A DNA stretch of 63,946 nucleotides, filler included, from Sandaracinaceae bacterium (GTDB lineage Bacteria; Myxococcota_A; Polyangia; Polyangiales; JADJQN01), in assembly GCA_947483975.1 (NCBI GenBank). It is 7 parts of 7 records of this genome, joined end to end, with 100 filler letters (N's around TTAATTAATTAA, not from the genome) between each part and the next. Parts side by side here need not be neighbours in the genome. Positions count along the whole stretch, not along the records: positions 1 to 9,770 come from CANKOL010000192.1; positions 9,871 to 19,604 come from CANKOL010000193.1; 5 more parts are not named here. One strand, given 5' to 3'. The notes below the pieces were generated by a model, which ran no database searches, was not told where the DNA came from, and saw only the letters and a program-made list of their open reading frames with translations. The position numbers and the translations under genes are program-made. Shown here piece after piece: positions 1 through 10,222 of this stretch; position 1 is the first letter of the stretch, and every line of letters begins with the position of its first letter.

Positions 1-5
1 ACTGC

Positions 6-212
6 TCAGCCCGGCGGGTCTTCGTCCTCGATGATCGGCGGCATATCGCGCAGCGAGCCGACGACGCCGTGGCAGCTGCGGAGCGACTGGTCCGTGCGCG
101 CGCAGCCCGGGCAGATGCTCAGGTGCACACGGAGCAGAATGCGCTTCCACCACGGCAAGACGCCGTCGATGGAGTCGCTCAGAACGTCATGTGCTCGCCT
201 GCAGTCCAGCAT
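6..212 (-). CDS. Zinc-finger (ZAS/zf-HC2-type) anti-sigma factor, 68 aa
   Basis: Start re-assigned to ATG at 212 (MLDCRRAHDVLSDSIDG). Contains Cys...HLSICPGC (HxxxCxxC) and overlaps the 3' end of the upstream ECF sigma gene. Confidence 0.8.
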   Translation of the reverse strand: MLDCRRAHDVLSDSIDGVLPWWKRILLRVHLSICPGCARTDQSLRSCHGVVGSLRDMPPIIEDEDPPG

Positions 213-771
213 CTTCGAGGGCCTTACGGAGCTTGTGACGGCCACGATGGAGTAGCACGCGCAGGTGTGTCGGCTGTACGCCCATCGCGTTACCAGCCTC
301 TTCACGTTCCATTTGCTCGATGTCCACGAGCAGCACGGCCATGCGCTCGAGCTCGGTGAGCTTGCCGAGCGACTTCTCGACGACGCGCATCGCGAGCGCG
401 GGGTCGAGGCGCGCGTCGGGAGCGCGCGTCGTCGCCGGCGCGAAGGTGCCGAGCGGGTCCGGCTCGGGCGGGATGTCCATCAGGACCTCGCGCCGCGTGC
501 GCCGATAGAAGTCGATGATCTTGCGAGACAAGATGCCGACCATCCACGTCCGCAAGGTCGAGCGCCCGGCGAAGGAGGCCTTCGCCTCGAGCGCCGCGAT
601 GTACGTCTCCTGCACGAGGTCGCGCGCGACGTCCTCGCGACGGACGGCGCGGTACGCGAAGCCCATCAGCACGGGCTCCACCTGCCGGATGGCCGCGTCG
701 TCGATGACCGCGCCCTGTGGCGCCGACGCAGGCTCCGTCGCGGGCACGGACGTGGTGGCGATGAGCGTCAT
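187..771 (-). CDS. ECF-family RNA polymerase sigma factor
   Basis: C-terminal 194 aa of ORF 187..1632, from ATG at 771. Region 2 motif DLVQETY...FAGRSTLRTWMVGILSRKIIDFYR and region 4 motif LTELERMAVLL...RVLLHRGRHKLR. Confidence 0.9.
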   Translation of the reverse strand: MTLIATTSVPATEPASAPQGAVIDDAAIRQVEPVLMGFAYRAVRREDVARDLVQETYIAALEAKASFAGRSTLRTWMVGILSRKIIDFYRRTRREVLMDIPPEPDPLGTFAPATTRAPDARLDPALAMRVVEKSLGKLTELERMAVLLVDIEQMEREEAGNAMGVQPTHLRVLLHRGRHKLRKALEDAGLQAST

Positions 772-842
772 GCGGAGCCCCTGGTGTGAAGCCCAGCCGC
801 CTCTGCGGTCAAGGAGCGGCGCGTGAAGAAATGTGCCGACCC

Positions 843-2006
843 CTACCGCTTGCGGACGAAGACCGTGCCCGCCGAGTAGCCCGCGCCGAACGAGCAGATC
901 AGCCCGGTGTCGCCCGCGACGAGGTCGTCCTGCCGCAGGTGGAACGCGATGATCGAGCCCGCCGACGAGGTGTTGGCGTAGGTGTCGATGACGACGACGT
1001 TCTCCTCGGGGGTCGGCTCGCGGCCGAGCACGCGCCGCCCGATCAGCTCGTTCATGTTGATGTTGGCCTGGTGCAGCCACATCCGCCGGAGCGCCGCGCG
1101 GTCGAGGCCGAGCTCCGTCGCGTGGTCGACGATCATGTCGGCGACCATCGGCACGACGTCCTTGAAGACCTTGCGGCCCTGCTGAACGAAGAGCTTGTCC
1201 GGCTTGCCGATGCCCTCCGGCGCGGCGTTGTTGAGGAAGCCGAAGTTGTTGCGGATGTTGCTCGAGAAGACCGTGCGCAGGCGCGTGCCGAGGATGTCCC
1301 AGCCGCCGGGGCCCGCCTGGTCGGCGGCCTCGACGATCACCGCCGTCGCGACGTCGCCGAAGATGAAGTGGCTGTCGCGGTCCCTGAAATTGAGGTGCGC
1401 CGAGCAGACCTCGGGGTTGACCATCAGCACGGCCTTGACCGAGCCCGACGCGATGAAGTCCGCGGCGGTCTTCAGGCCGAAGGTCGCGGAGGAGCACGCG
1501 ACGTTCATGTCGAAGCCGAAGCCCTCGATGCCGAGCGCGTGCTGGATCTCGACGGCCATCGCGGGGTAGGCGCGCTGCATGTTCGAGCAGGCGCAGAGCA
1601 CGGCGCCTAGCTCGCTGACGGGCTTGCCCCAAGCCTCGATCGCCTGACGGGCGGCCGCGACGGCCATCTCGGCGAGGACGGAAAGTTCCTCGTTGGGCCG
1701 CTCCGGCAGCACCGGCCGCATCAGCGTCGGGTCGAGGATGCCCGACTTGTTCATCACGAACCGCGACTTGATGCCGGACGCCTTCTGCACGAACTCGGGC
1801 GAGGAGGGCAGCAGCGCCTGGACCTCCCCGGCGGCGATGGCGGCGGCGTGCTCCGCGTTGAAGGTCGCGACGTAGGTATTGAAGGTGTCGACGAGCTCTT
1901 CGTTCGAGATGGCGTGGGGCGGCGTGTACAGCCCGGTTGCGGCGATCACTGCGCGTTGCACGGTCGGAGCCTCTTGGACGGGGGAAAGGGAGGCCGTGCC
2001 TAGCAC
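843..2006 (-). CDS. Beta-ketoacyl-ACP synthase III family (FabH-like, long PA3286-type)
   Basis: Catalytic triad motifs DMNVACSS, WLHQAN, YANTSS; C-terminal SFGAG. True start may be GTG at 1961 (VQRAVIAATG). Confidence 0.9.
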   Translation of the reverse strand: MLGTASLSPVQEAPTVQRAVIAATGLYTPPHAISNEELVDTFNTYVATFNAEHAAAIAAGEVQALLPSSPEFVQKASGIKSRFVMNKSGILDPTLMRPVLPERPNEELSVLAEMAVAAARQAIEAWGKPVSELGAVLCACSNMQRAYPAMAVEIQHALGIEGFGFDMNVACSSATFGLKTAADFIASGSVKAVLMVNPEVCSAHLNFRDRDSHFIFGDVATAVIVEAADQAGPGGWDILGTRLRTVFSSNIRNNFGFLNNAAPEGIGKPDKLFVQQGRKVFKDVVPMVADMIVDHATELGLDRAALRRMWLHQANINMNELIGRRVLGREPTPEENVVVIDTYANTSSAGSIIAFHLRQDDLVAGDTGLICSFGAGYSAGTVFVRKR

Positions 2007-2079
2007 GGTCCCGAGCGAGTGTCGGCGATGCGACGCGTCACCCGCGGCGCGGCAATGCCCGGCGGGGGCCGCAGCTTGA

Positions 2080-3240
<1,161 letters not shown>

Positions 3241-3268
3241 CGCCCGCTGACCCTTCCTCGGAGGGATC

Positions 3269-3293
3269 GTAGGGGCGGGTTTGAAACCCGCCC
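3269..3293 (+). repeat. REP-like palindrome with GTAG foot
   Basis: GTAG followed by perfect inverted repeat GGGCGGGTTT-G-AAACCCGCCC in the mreB-mreC spacer. Confidence 0.65.
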
Positions 3294-3326
3294 GCTCGGG
3301 CGCAGCGACTCCAGGAAACGGCCTGA

Positions 3327-4223
3327 GTGAACTTCTTCCGCCGATTCCGAGACGCAGTCCTCGTCGCGGCCCTGCTCGCGATTCCGTTCTTCTTCTTGAA
3401 CGCGAATCTCAAGGACCCCGCCAAGACGAACGGCGTGGACCGCGTCGTGCTGCAGATCAGCGCCCCGCTGCAGTGGGTCGCGACGCAGGCGGCGCGCGGC
3501 ATCTCGGCCGTGATCGAGGAGTACGTCTACCTCGTCGACGTCGGCCGCGAGAACGACCGCCTCCGCTACGAGAACGCGCGCCTCTCGCAGGAAAACCTGC
3601 GCCTGCAGAGCGAAGGTCAAGAGAACCGGCGCCTCCGGGATCTCCTGCAGATGCGCGAGCAGCTCGGCGGCGAGCAGCTCTCGGCGCAGGTGATCGGCAA
3701 AGAGGTGAGCGCGAACTTCCGCGTCGTGCGCGTGCGCCTCGACCGCGGCGAGCGCGACCGCGTGAAGCCCGGGATGCCCGTCGTCGCGCCGGATGGGCTC
3801 GTCGGGCAGGTGCGCCGGACCTGGGGGCGCTACTCGGATGTGCTGCTGACCGTCGACCGCACGAGCGCGATCGACGTCGTGCTCGAGCGCAACGGCGCGC
3901 GCGGGATGCTGCGCGGGACGGGCGAGAGCGACCGCTACCTCTGCCGCATTCAGTATCTGCTGCGCGCAGACGAGGTGCGCGTCGGCGATCAGGTGTTCAC
4001 GTCGGGGCTCGGGCACAGCTTCCCGGCGAACATCCTCGTCGGGCGCGTGACGAACGTGGTGCGCCGCGACTTCGGCCTCTATCAGGAGGCGGAGGTGACG
4101 CCGGCGGCGAATTTCTCGACGCTCGAGGCGGTGTCGATCCTGACGATGGGCTCGCGCGAGGCGGGCTCGCAGGATGGCGCGGGCGTGCGCGGCGACCTCG
4201 CCGATCCGGCGCCGGAGCTCTGA
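3327..4223 (+). CDS. mreC: Rod shape-determining protein MreC
   Basis: N-terminal TM, coiled coil ENDRLRYENARL...ENRRLRDLL, GLVGQV and TSGLG..FP motifs; synteny. Confidence 0.95.
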   Translation: MNFFRRFRDAVLVAALLAIPFFFLNANLKDPAKTNGVDRVVLQISAPLQWVATQAARGISAVIEEYVYLVDVGRENDRLRYENARLSQENLRLQSEGQENRRLRDLLQMREQLGGEQLSAQVIGKEVSANFRVVRVRLDRGERDRVKPGMPVVAPDGLVGQVRRTWGRYSDVLLTVDRTSAIDVVLERNGARGMLRGTGESDRYLCRIQYLLRADEVRVGDQVFTSGLGHSFPANILVGRVTNVVRRDFGLYQEAEVTPAANFSTLEAVSILTMGSREAGSQDGAGVRGDLADPAPEL

Positions 4224-4229
4224 CGCGCG

Positions 4230-4784
4230 GTGCAGAACGCCGTCCTACTGCTGCTCGGCTTCGTGCTGCTCGTGCTGCAGGCGTCGGCGTCGGCGCTGGT
4301 CAACGTGCACCCTTTCTCGCCGAATTTGCTGCTGCCGGTGGTGATCTACCTCGGCGTCTCGCACGACGTCGGGCTCGTGCGCGGCGGGATGCTCTCGTTC
4401 GTGCTCGGCTATCTGCTCGACTCGTTCACGGGTAGCCCGATGGGGCTGCATACGTTCGTGCTCGTCGCGACGTACATGCTCGCGCGCGGCGCGGGGCTCT
4501 CGCTGTTCCTGCGCGGGCCGCTCTTTCAGATCGGGCTGACCTTCGCGGTGAGCGTGATCGCGGGAGGCACCATCCTCGCCCTCCGCGCGATCTTCGAGCG
4601 ACCGGCGGCGTTCGACGCGGGCACGGTCTTCGACACGGTGCTCACGCTCGTCGCGCCTGCGCTGACGACGGCCGCGCTCGCGCCGCTCGTGTTCATCGCC
4701 GTCCGCCGCGTCGATCAGCTCGCGCTCCGACGCGCGACGCGCACGACGGCGCCGGGCGCGGGCGAAGGGCCGAGCGCGCCATGA
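4230..4784 (+). CDS. mreD: Rod shape-determining membrane protein MreD
   Basis: Highly hydrophobic 184 aa with GYLLDSFTG motif, between mreC and PBP2. Confidence 0.85.
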   Translation: MQNAVLLLLGFVLLVLQASASALVNVHPFSPNLLLPVVIYLGVSHDVGLVRGGMLSFVLGYLLDSFTGSPMGLHTFVLVATYMLARGAGLSLFLRGPLFQIGLTFAVSVIAGGTILALRAIFERPAAFDAGTVFDTVLTLVAPALTTAALAPLVFIAVRRVDQLALRRATRTTAPGAGEGPSAP

Positions 4785-6721
4785 ACCTGCTCTCTCCGCG
4801 CCGCGAGGTCGGCGAGTTCAAGAAGCACTACAAGTGGATGGCGCTCGCCGCCGTCATCGCGTTCGCCGGGCTGTTCTTGCGCGCGGCGAACATGGAGCTG
4901 CTCGACTACGAGCGCTGGCAGAAGATCGCCACCGAGAACATCACCAAGACGATCACGCTGCCGGCGACGCGCGGGCTGCTCCGCGACACGGCGGGGCGCA
5001 TCGTCGCGACGAACCGCCCGGCGTACAACGTCTACCTCACGCCGCAGCTGCTCGATCCCGTGAAGGATGTGCCGCGTCTGGCGGAGCTGATGAGCCTCGA
5101 CGGGCGGCAGAAGGCCGAGCTCGAGGCGCGGCTCGCGGCGATCCCGCTCCACCGGCGCACGCATCAGGTCGAGATGTTCCGCGACATCACGCGCGATCAG
5201 CTCGCGTCGCTCGAGCAGCACGAGGCGGAGCTGAAGGGCGTCGACGTCGTCGCGGAGCCGGTGCGCATGTATCCGTTCGGGCCGCTCGCGGCGCACGCCA
5301 TCGGGTACCTCAACGAGGTCAACGCCGAGGACCTCGAGCGCGCGCCGGATCAGGGCTATCGCGCGGGCGACACCGTCGGCCGCAGCGGCATCGAGCGCGC
5401 CTGGGAGAGCTACGTGCGCGGGCGGCGCGGCGTGCGGCGCGTGATCGTCGAGGCGCGCGGGCAGCGCACGGACGAGGAGCACACCGAGCGGCCGCACGAG
5501 ACGCGCCGCGAGCCGGTGCCGGGCCGAGATCTGACGCTCACGCTCGACATGGAGCTGATGCGCATCACGGAGCGCGCGTTCCGCGGGCATCCATCGGGCG
5601 GCGCCGTCGTCGTCGACGTGCGCACGGGGCGCGTGCGCGCGCTCTTCTCGAAGCCGAGCTACGACCTCAACGAGCTGGCGGGGCGCCTCTCGCATGATCG
5701 CGCGCGCGAGATCATCGACAATCCGCTGCGCCCGCTGATCGACAAGACGATCTACGAGTCGTACTTCCCGGGCTCGACGTTCAAGGTGATCAGCGCGCTC
5801 GCGGCGCTCGGCGGCGGCATCCTCGACGCGAACAGCCACGTCGACTGCCCGGGCTACTACGAGTACGGCGGGCGTCGGTTCCGCTGCCTGCAGCAGCACG
5901 GCGACGTCGACATGCACCAGGCGATCGTGCGCTCGTGCAACACGTTCTTCTACGACCTCGCGCGGCAGGTCGGCATGGACAGGCTCGCGCACATGGCGCG
6001 CGAGTTCGGCCTCGGCGAGCGCACGGGCATCGGCATCAACACCGAGACGAGCGGCTTCATCCCGACGGTCAACTGGTACCAAGAGCACTACCCGCACGGC
6101 TTCCGCGGCGGGTTCACGCTCAACGAGGCCATCGGGCAGGGCAACACCAAGGTCACGCTGATGCAGCTCGCGATGGCGTACGCGGCGATCGCCAACGGCG
6201 GCACGCTCTACGTCCCGCAGCTGATCGAGCGCGTCAGCGGGCCGGACGGCACGCTGATCGAGGAGTTTCAGCCGCGCGTGAGGCGTCGCGTGGACGTGTC
6301 GCGCGAGAACCTCACCTACGTCATCGACGGGCTCTACGGGGTCGTCAACGACCGCACGGGAACGGCGTACGCGGCGCACGTCGAGGGCGGCGTGCCGATC
6401 GCGGGCAAGACGGGCACGGCGCAGGTCTCCGGGCGCGCCGCGCGCGATGACGAGGACCCCCGGCAGACCTGGTACTACAACCGCTCGCACGCGTGGTTCG
6501 CGGGCTTCGCGCCGGCGGGAAATCCCGAGCTCGTGGTCGTCGTGCTGATCGAGCACGGCGGCGGCGGCGGCAAGAACGCAGCGCCGATCGGGATCCAGAT
6601 CCTCCAGGAGTATCTCGGCCCGCGCTATGCGGCGCAGCAGCAGGCTGCGGCGGCGGAGGCGGCAGCGGCAGCGGCGTTGGCGAACGCGCCGCGCGGACGC
6701 GGGCACGCGGGAGCCCACTGA
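4781..6721 (+). CDS. mrdA: Penicillin-binding protein 2 (class B transpeptidase)
   Basis: RGLLRD dimerisation motif; transpeptidase motifs STFK, SCN, KTG; synteny. Confidence 0.96.
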   Translation: MNLLSPRREVGEFKKHYKWMALAAVIAFAGLFLRAANMELLDYERWQKIATENITKTITLPATRGLLRDTAGRIVATNRPAYNVYLTPQLLDPVKDVPRLAELMSLDGRQKAELEARLAAIPLHRRTHQVEMFRDITRDQLASLEQHEAELKGVDVVAEPVRMYPFGPLAAHAIGYLNEVNAEDLERAPDQGYRAGDTVGRSGIERAWESYVRGRRGVRRVIVEARGQRTDEEHTERPHETRREPVPGRDLTLTLDMELMRITERAFRGHPSGGAVVVDVRTGRVRALFSKPSYDLNELAGRLSHDRAREIIDNPLRPLIDKTIYESYFPGSTFKVISALAALGGGILDANSHVDCPGYYEYGGRRFRCLQQHGDVDMHQAIVRSCNTFFYDLARQVGMDRLAHMAREFGLGERTGIGINTETSGFIPTVNWYQEHYPHGFRGGFTLNEAIGQGNTKVTLMQLAMAYAAIANGGTLYVPQLIERVSGPDGTLIEEFQPRVRRRVDVSRENLTYVIDGLYGVVNDRTGTAYAAHVEGGVPIAGKTGTAQVSGRAARDDEDPRQTWYYNRSHAWFAGFAPAGNPELVVVVLIEHGGGGGKNAAPIGIQILQEYLGPRYAAQQQAAAAEAAAAAALANAPRGRGHAGAH

Positions 6722-7842
6722 TGGCCAACCTCAGCAAGGGGCTGCGCGCGCACTTCGACTGGCCGCTCTTCGTGACCGTCGCCGCGATCGCCGTCGTCGG
6801 CGTGACGAACCTGTACAGCGCGACGAGCGCTCCGGGCGCGCGCGCGGACATGTACATCCAGCAGATCTATTGGCTGACGCTCGGCTCCGCCGTCGCCGCG
6901 CTCGTCGTCGCCATCGACACTCGACACCTCGAGCGACACGGCTGGACGCTCTACGGCATCGGCATCGTGCTCCTGCTGCTGGTGTTCCTGCTCGCGCGCA
7001 CGATCCGCGGCAGTCAGAGATGGATTCCGATAGGCGCGTTCTCGCTGCAGCCGAGCGAGCTGATGAAGATCTTTCTCATCATCGCGCTCGCCAAATACCT
7101 GCACAACGACCCGAAGACCGAGGGGCGCACGCTCAAGGATTTGATCATCCCGGCGGCGATCCTCGCGCTGCCGATGGCGCTCGTGCTCAAGCAACCCGAC
7201 CTCGGCACGGGCATGATCCTCGCGTCGATCTTCGGCACGATCATGGTGCTGACGAACCTCAAGCTTCGCTCGCTCTTCACGCTCGCGGCGGCGTTCATCG
7301 CCAGCGCGCCGCTGACGTGGACCTATCTGCTGAAGGACTATCAGCAGGAGCGCTTCACCTCCTTCTGGCAGCAGCTGACCGGCGAGGCGTCGAAGGCGCA
7401 CATCCTCGACGCGGGCTGGCACGCGCATCAGTCGCAGGTGGCGATCGGCTCGGGCGGGCTGTTCGGCAAAGGGTTCATGCAGGGGACACAGAACCAACAT
7501 CGGTTCTTGCCGGATCAGCACTCGGACTTCCCGTTCGCGGTGTGGGCGGAGGAGCAGGGCTTTCTCGGAGTCGTGCTGCTGCTCGGGCTCTATCTGTTTC
7601 TCGTCGTCTGGGGGCTGAAGGTCGCGTCGCAGGCGAAGGACCGCTTCAGCGCGGTGCTCGCCGTCGGCGTGAGCGCGATGTTCTTCTGGCAGTCCACGAT
7701 CAACATCGCGATGGTGATGGGCGTGCTGCCCGTCGTCGGCGTCACGCTGCCGCTCTTCAGCTACGGCGGCTCGAGCGTGCTGACCGTCATGCTCGGCGTC
7801 GGCCTGCTGATGAACGTCAGCGTGCGGCGATTCAGCTTCTAG
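6721..7842 (+). CDS. rodA: SEDS peptidoglycan glycosyltransferase RodA
   Basis: ATG at 6721 overlaps the mrdA stop. Motifs QPSELMK, QPDLGT, HSDFPFAVWAEE, LPLFSYGGSS. Confidence 0.96.
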   Translation: MANLSKGLRAHFDWPLFVTVAAIAVVGVTNLYSATSAPGARADMYIQQIYWLTLGSAVAALVVAIDTRHLERHGWTLYGIGIVLLLLVFLLARTIRGSQRWIPIGAFSLQPSELMKIFLIIALAKYLHNDPKTEGRTLKDLIIPAAILALPMALVLKQPDLGTGMILASIFGTIMVLTNLKLRSLFTLAAAFIASAPLTWTYLLKDYQQERFTSFWQQLTGEASKAHILDAGWHAHQSQVAIGSGGLFGKGFMQGTQNQHRFLPDQHSDFPFAVWAEEQGFLGVVLLLGLYLFLVVWGLKVASQAKDRFSAVLAVGVSAMFFWQSTINIAMVMGVLPVVGVTLPLFSYGGSSVLTVMLGVGLLMNVSVRRFSF

Positions 7843-7924
7843 CCCGCGCGACGATGCGGAGCTTTGGCTCCGCCCGCGCGACGATGCGGAGCTTTGGCTC
7901 CGCCCGCGGCGATTCAGCTTCTAG
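7824..7924. repeat. Two tandem 30-bp hairpin units flanked by 19-bp direct repeats
   Basis: GCGGCGATTCAGCTTCTAG at 7824-7842 and 7906-7924. Unit GCCCGCGCGACGATGCGGAGCTTTGGCTCC at 7842-7871 and 7872-7901. Confidence 0.9.
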
Positions 7925-8442
7925 ACAGGCTCGCGCGGGTCTTGTTGCGCGGCGAGCGTCGCCGCCTGTGCGGCGCGGTACTTCACGAGCGCCTCGCGCA
8001 GGTGCGGGTATTTGTTCCCGAGGAACGCGACGGCGAGGAGCGCCGCGTTCGTCGCGCCCGCCTTGCCGATCGCGAGCGTGCCGACGGGAATTCCCGCGGG
8101 CATCTGCACGATCGAGAGCAGCGAGTCCATGCCGCGGAGCGCCTGCGACTCCATCGGCACGCCGAGCACCGGGAGGACCGTGAGCGCGGCGATCACGCCG
8201 GGCAGGTGCGCGGCGCCGCCTGCGCCGCCGATCAGCACCTCGAGGCCGCGCTCGATCGCCGTGCCGACGTAGTCGAAGAGCAGCTGCGGCGTGCGATGCG
8301 CGGAGATCACGCGCACCTCGTGAGGGACGCCGAGGCCCTCGAGCGTGCTCACGGTGTGCCGCATCGTCTCCCAGTCGGAGCGAGAGCCCATGAGGATGCC
8401 GACCAGAGGTGTCGCGGAGAGGGAATCAGGGGCTGTGGCCAC
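7921..8442 (-). CDS. purE: N5-CAIR mutase PurE
   Basis: [36 protein letters not shown] motifs. Confidence 0.97.
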   Translation of the reverse strand: MATAPDSLSATPLVGILMGSRSDWETMRHTVSTLEGLGVPHEVRVISAHRTPQLLFDYVGTAIERGLEVLIGGAGGAAHLPGVIAALTVLPVLGVPMESQALRGMDSLLSIVQMPAGIPVGTLAIGKAGATNAALLAVAFLGNKYPHLREALVKYRAAQAATLAAQQDPREPV

Positions 8443-8482
8443 GGGCCGTTTATAGCATGGCAGTCCGTGCTATCTGGCGAGG

Positions 8483-9307
8483 ATGCCCACCTCGCGCCGG
8501 ACCAAGGTCGCCGTGCTGCAGATGAACTCCGGCCCCGACCTCGCGGCGAACCTCGCCGTCGTCGACTGGCTCGTGAAGGCGGCCGCGGAGGATCACGCGG
8601 AGCTGATCGTGCTGCCCGAGTGCTTCGCGCTGCTCGGACCCGAGGACGCGAAGCTGGGCATCGCGGAGGCGCTCCCCGCGGGCGGTCCGGTGCTCGCGCG
8701 GTGCGCGGCGCTCGCGCGGGAGACGCACACCGAGCTGATCCTCGGCGGCTTCTGGGAGACGGCGAGCGACGCGCGGCATGTGCGCAACAGCTGCGTGCAC
8801 CTGAGCGCGGACGGCGAGGTGCGCGCGGTGTATCGCAAGATTCACCTCTTCGACGTGGACCTGCCGGACGGCACGAAGCTGACGGAGAGCGAGAGCGTCG
8901 AGCCGGGGACCGAGGTGGTCACGACCGACACGGCGTTCGGCAAGCTCGGGCTGAGCGTCTGCTACGACCTGCGCTTCCCGGAGCTCTATCGGCGGCTCGT
9001 CGATCAAGGCGCGATCGCGCTCGCGGTGCCCGCCGCGTTCACGCTGACGACTGGCAAAGATCACTGGCATGTGTTGCTGCGCGCGCGCGCGGTCGAGTCG
9101 CAGTCGTATGTGCTCGCCGCGGCGCAGACGGGCACGCACTTCGGCAGCCGCGCGAGCTACGGGCACGCGCTGATCGTCGACCCGTGGGGCACGGTGCTCG
9201 CCGAGTGCGGCGAGGGCGAAGGCTTCGCGACGGCGTGGCTCGATCCCGAGGTCGTCAAGCGCGTGCGCGGGAGCTTGCCGTCGCTCGCGCACCGACGACT
9301 GCGCTGA
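8483..9307 (+). CDS. Carbon-nitrogen hydrolase (Nit1/deaminated glutathione amidase-like)
   Basis: E-K-C triad motifs LPECF, YRKIHLFD, VCYDLRFPE; also HWHVLLRARAVE and DPWG. Confidence 0.92.
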   Translation: MPTSRRTKVAVLQMNSGPDLAANLAVVDWLVKAAAEDHAELIVLPECFALLGPEDAKLGIAEALPAGGPVLARCAALARETHTELILGGFWETASDARHVRNSCVHLSADGEVRAVYRKIHLFDVDLPDGTKLTESESVEPGTEVVTTDTAFGKLGLSVCYDLRFPELYRRLVDQGAIALAVPAAFTLTTGKDHWHVLLRARAVESQSYVLAAAQTGTHFGSRASYGHALIVDPWGTVLAECGEGEGFATAWLDPEVVKRVRGSLPSLAHRRLR

Positions 9308-9342
9308 GGGCGCGGCGTCGGCGAGGGCGTGGCGGCGCGGCT

Positions 9343-9770
9343 TCAGCGCACGAGCGAGAGCACGGCGGCGGGCGCGAAGGCGCGGAGATGGCCGCTCTCT
9401 TCGGCCACGTAGAGCCAGCCGCGCTCGTCGACGCGGAGCACGTCGGGGATGAGGTCGCACTCGACCGCGGGGCCGAGGCTCGCGCCGTCGGAGGGCTTGA
9501 GCACGTGGACCTGGGCGGCGGGGACGAAGAGGCCGCCGTTGCGCAGGACCGGCTCGAGGCGACGCGGGACATCGTCGGTCGCGGGGTTGGCGAGCTCGCG
9601 CTCCCAGCGGACGGCGCCGCTGTCGAGGTCGAGCGCGGTGACGCGACCGCCGGGGGCGTTGACGACCAGCGAGCGGTCGACGGCGAGGGCGGAGCCGCCG
9701 CGGCCGAGGCCGGGGTCGGCGGTCATCCAGCGGAGGGAGCCGTCGCGCGGCTCGACGCCGACGAGGGTCG
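9343..9770 (-). CDS. PQQ-like beta-propeller protein, C-terminal fragment (5' end lost at contig edge)
   Basis: Repeats such as VTALDLDSGAVRW; frame is open to the N gap. Confidence 0.6.
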
Positions 9771-9870
9771 NNNNNNNNNNNNNNNNNNNNNNNNNNNNNN
9801 NNNNNNNNNNNNNNTTAATTAATTAANNNNNNNNNNNNNNNNNNNNNNNNNNNNNNNNNNNNNNNNNNNN
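9771..9870. other. Artificial contig linker
   Basis: 44 N + TTAATTAATTAA (stops in all six frames) + 44 N; identical at six positions. Confidence 0.99.
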
Positions 9871-9925
9871 ACCATCGTCGTCGGCGGTGACCCCGAGGCG
9901 GGCGCACCGTGAGTCGTCGGCGTCC

Positions 9926-10222
9926 ATGAGCCCCCGCGGCGAGGAGGTCAGCGCGCGCGTGTTCCGCGTGCTCGAGGCCGCGGGCATGCTCGCGGCCGAG
10001 CGCCGCTGTCTTGGCTCGTTCTTCGCGCCGCTCGCCAGCGTCGTCGGCGCTCGCGAGGTCGATCGGACCGGCGTCAGCGGCTGCCGCTCGGCGCAGTTCA
10101 CGCACCTGCAGGCTCGTTCTCGCGACCTGCTCGATGCGCGCCTCGGGGTGGTGAACGAGGTCCCTCCGACGCACCCCGGCGCGAGCCACGACGCGCTGCA
10201 CGCCGCCGAGCGGGGACTCTGA
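9926..10222 (+). pseudogene. Probable detached N-terminal part of the downstream histidine kinase
   Basis: Codons end mostly in G/C. Same frame as 10223..11737 and separated from it only by TGA at 10220-10222. Confidence 0.5.

Noticed and set aside
187..1632. 481-aa version of the sigma factor, and over-extended starts of rodA, mraY, pilW, rsgA, dtd and the SDR in the ORF track
   Set aside because: The extensions overlap neighbouring genes in another frame or run through non-coding DNA; starts were reassigned.
10220..10222. Selenocysteine recoding of the in-frame TGA
   Set aside because: The position lies in a helical linker, not a redox motif, and no convincing SECIS hairpin was seen.
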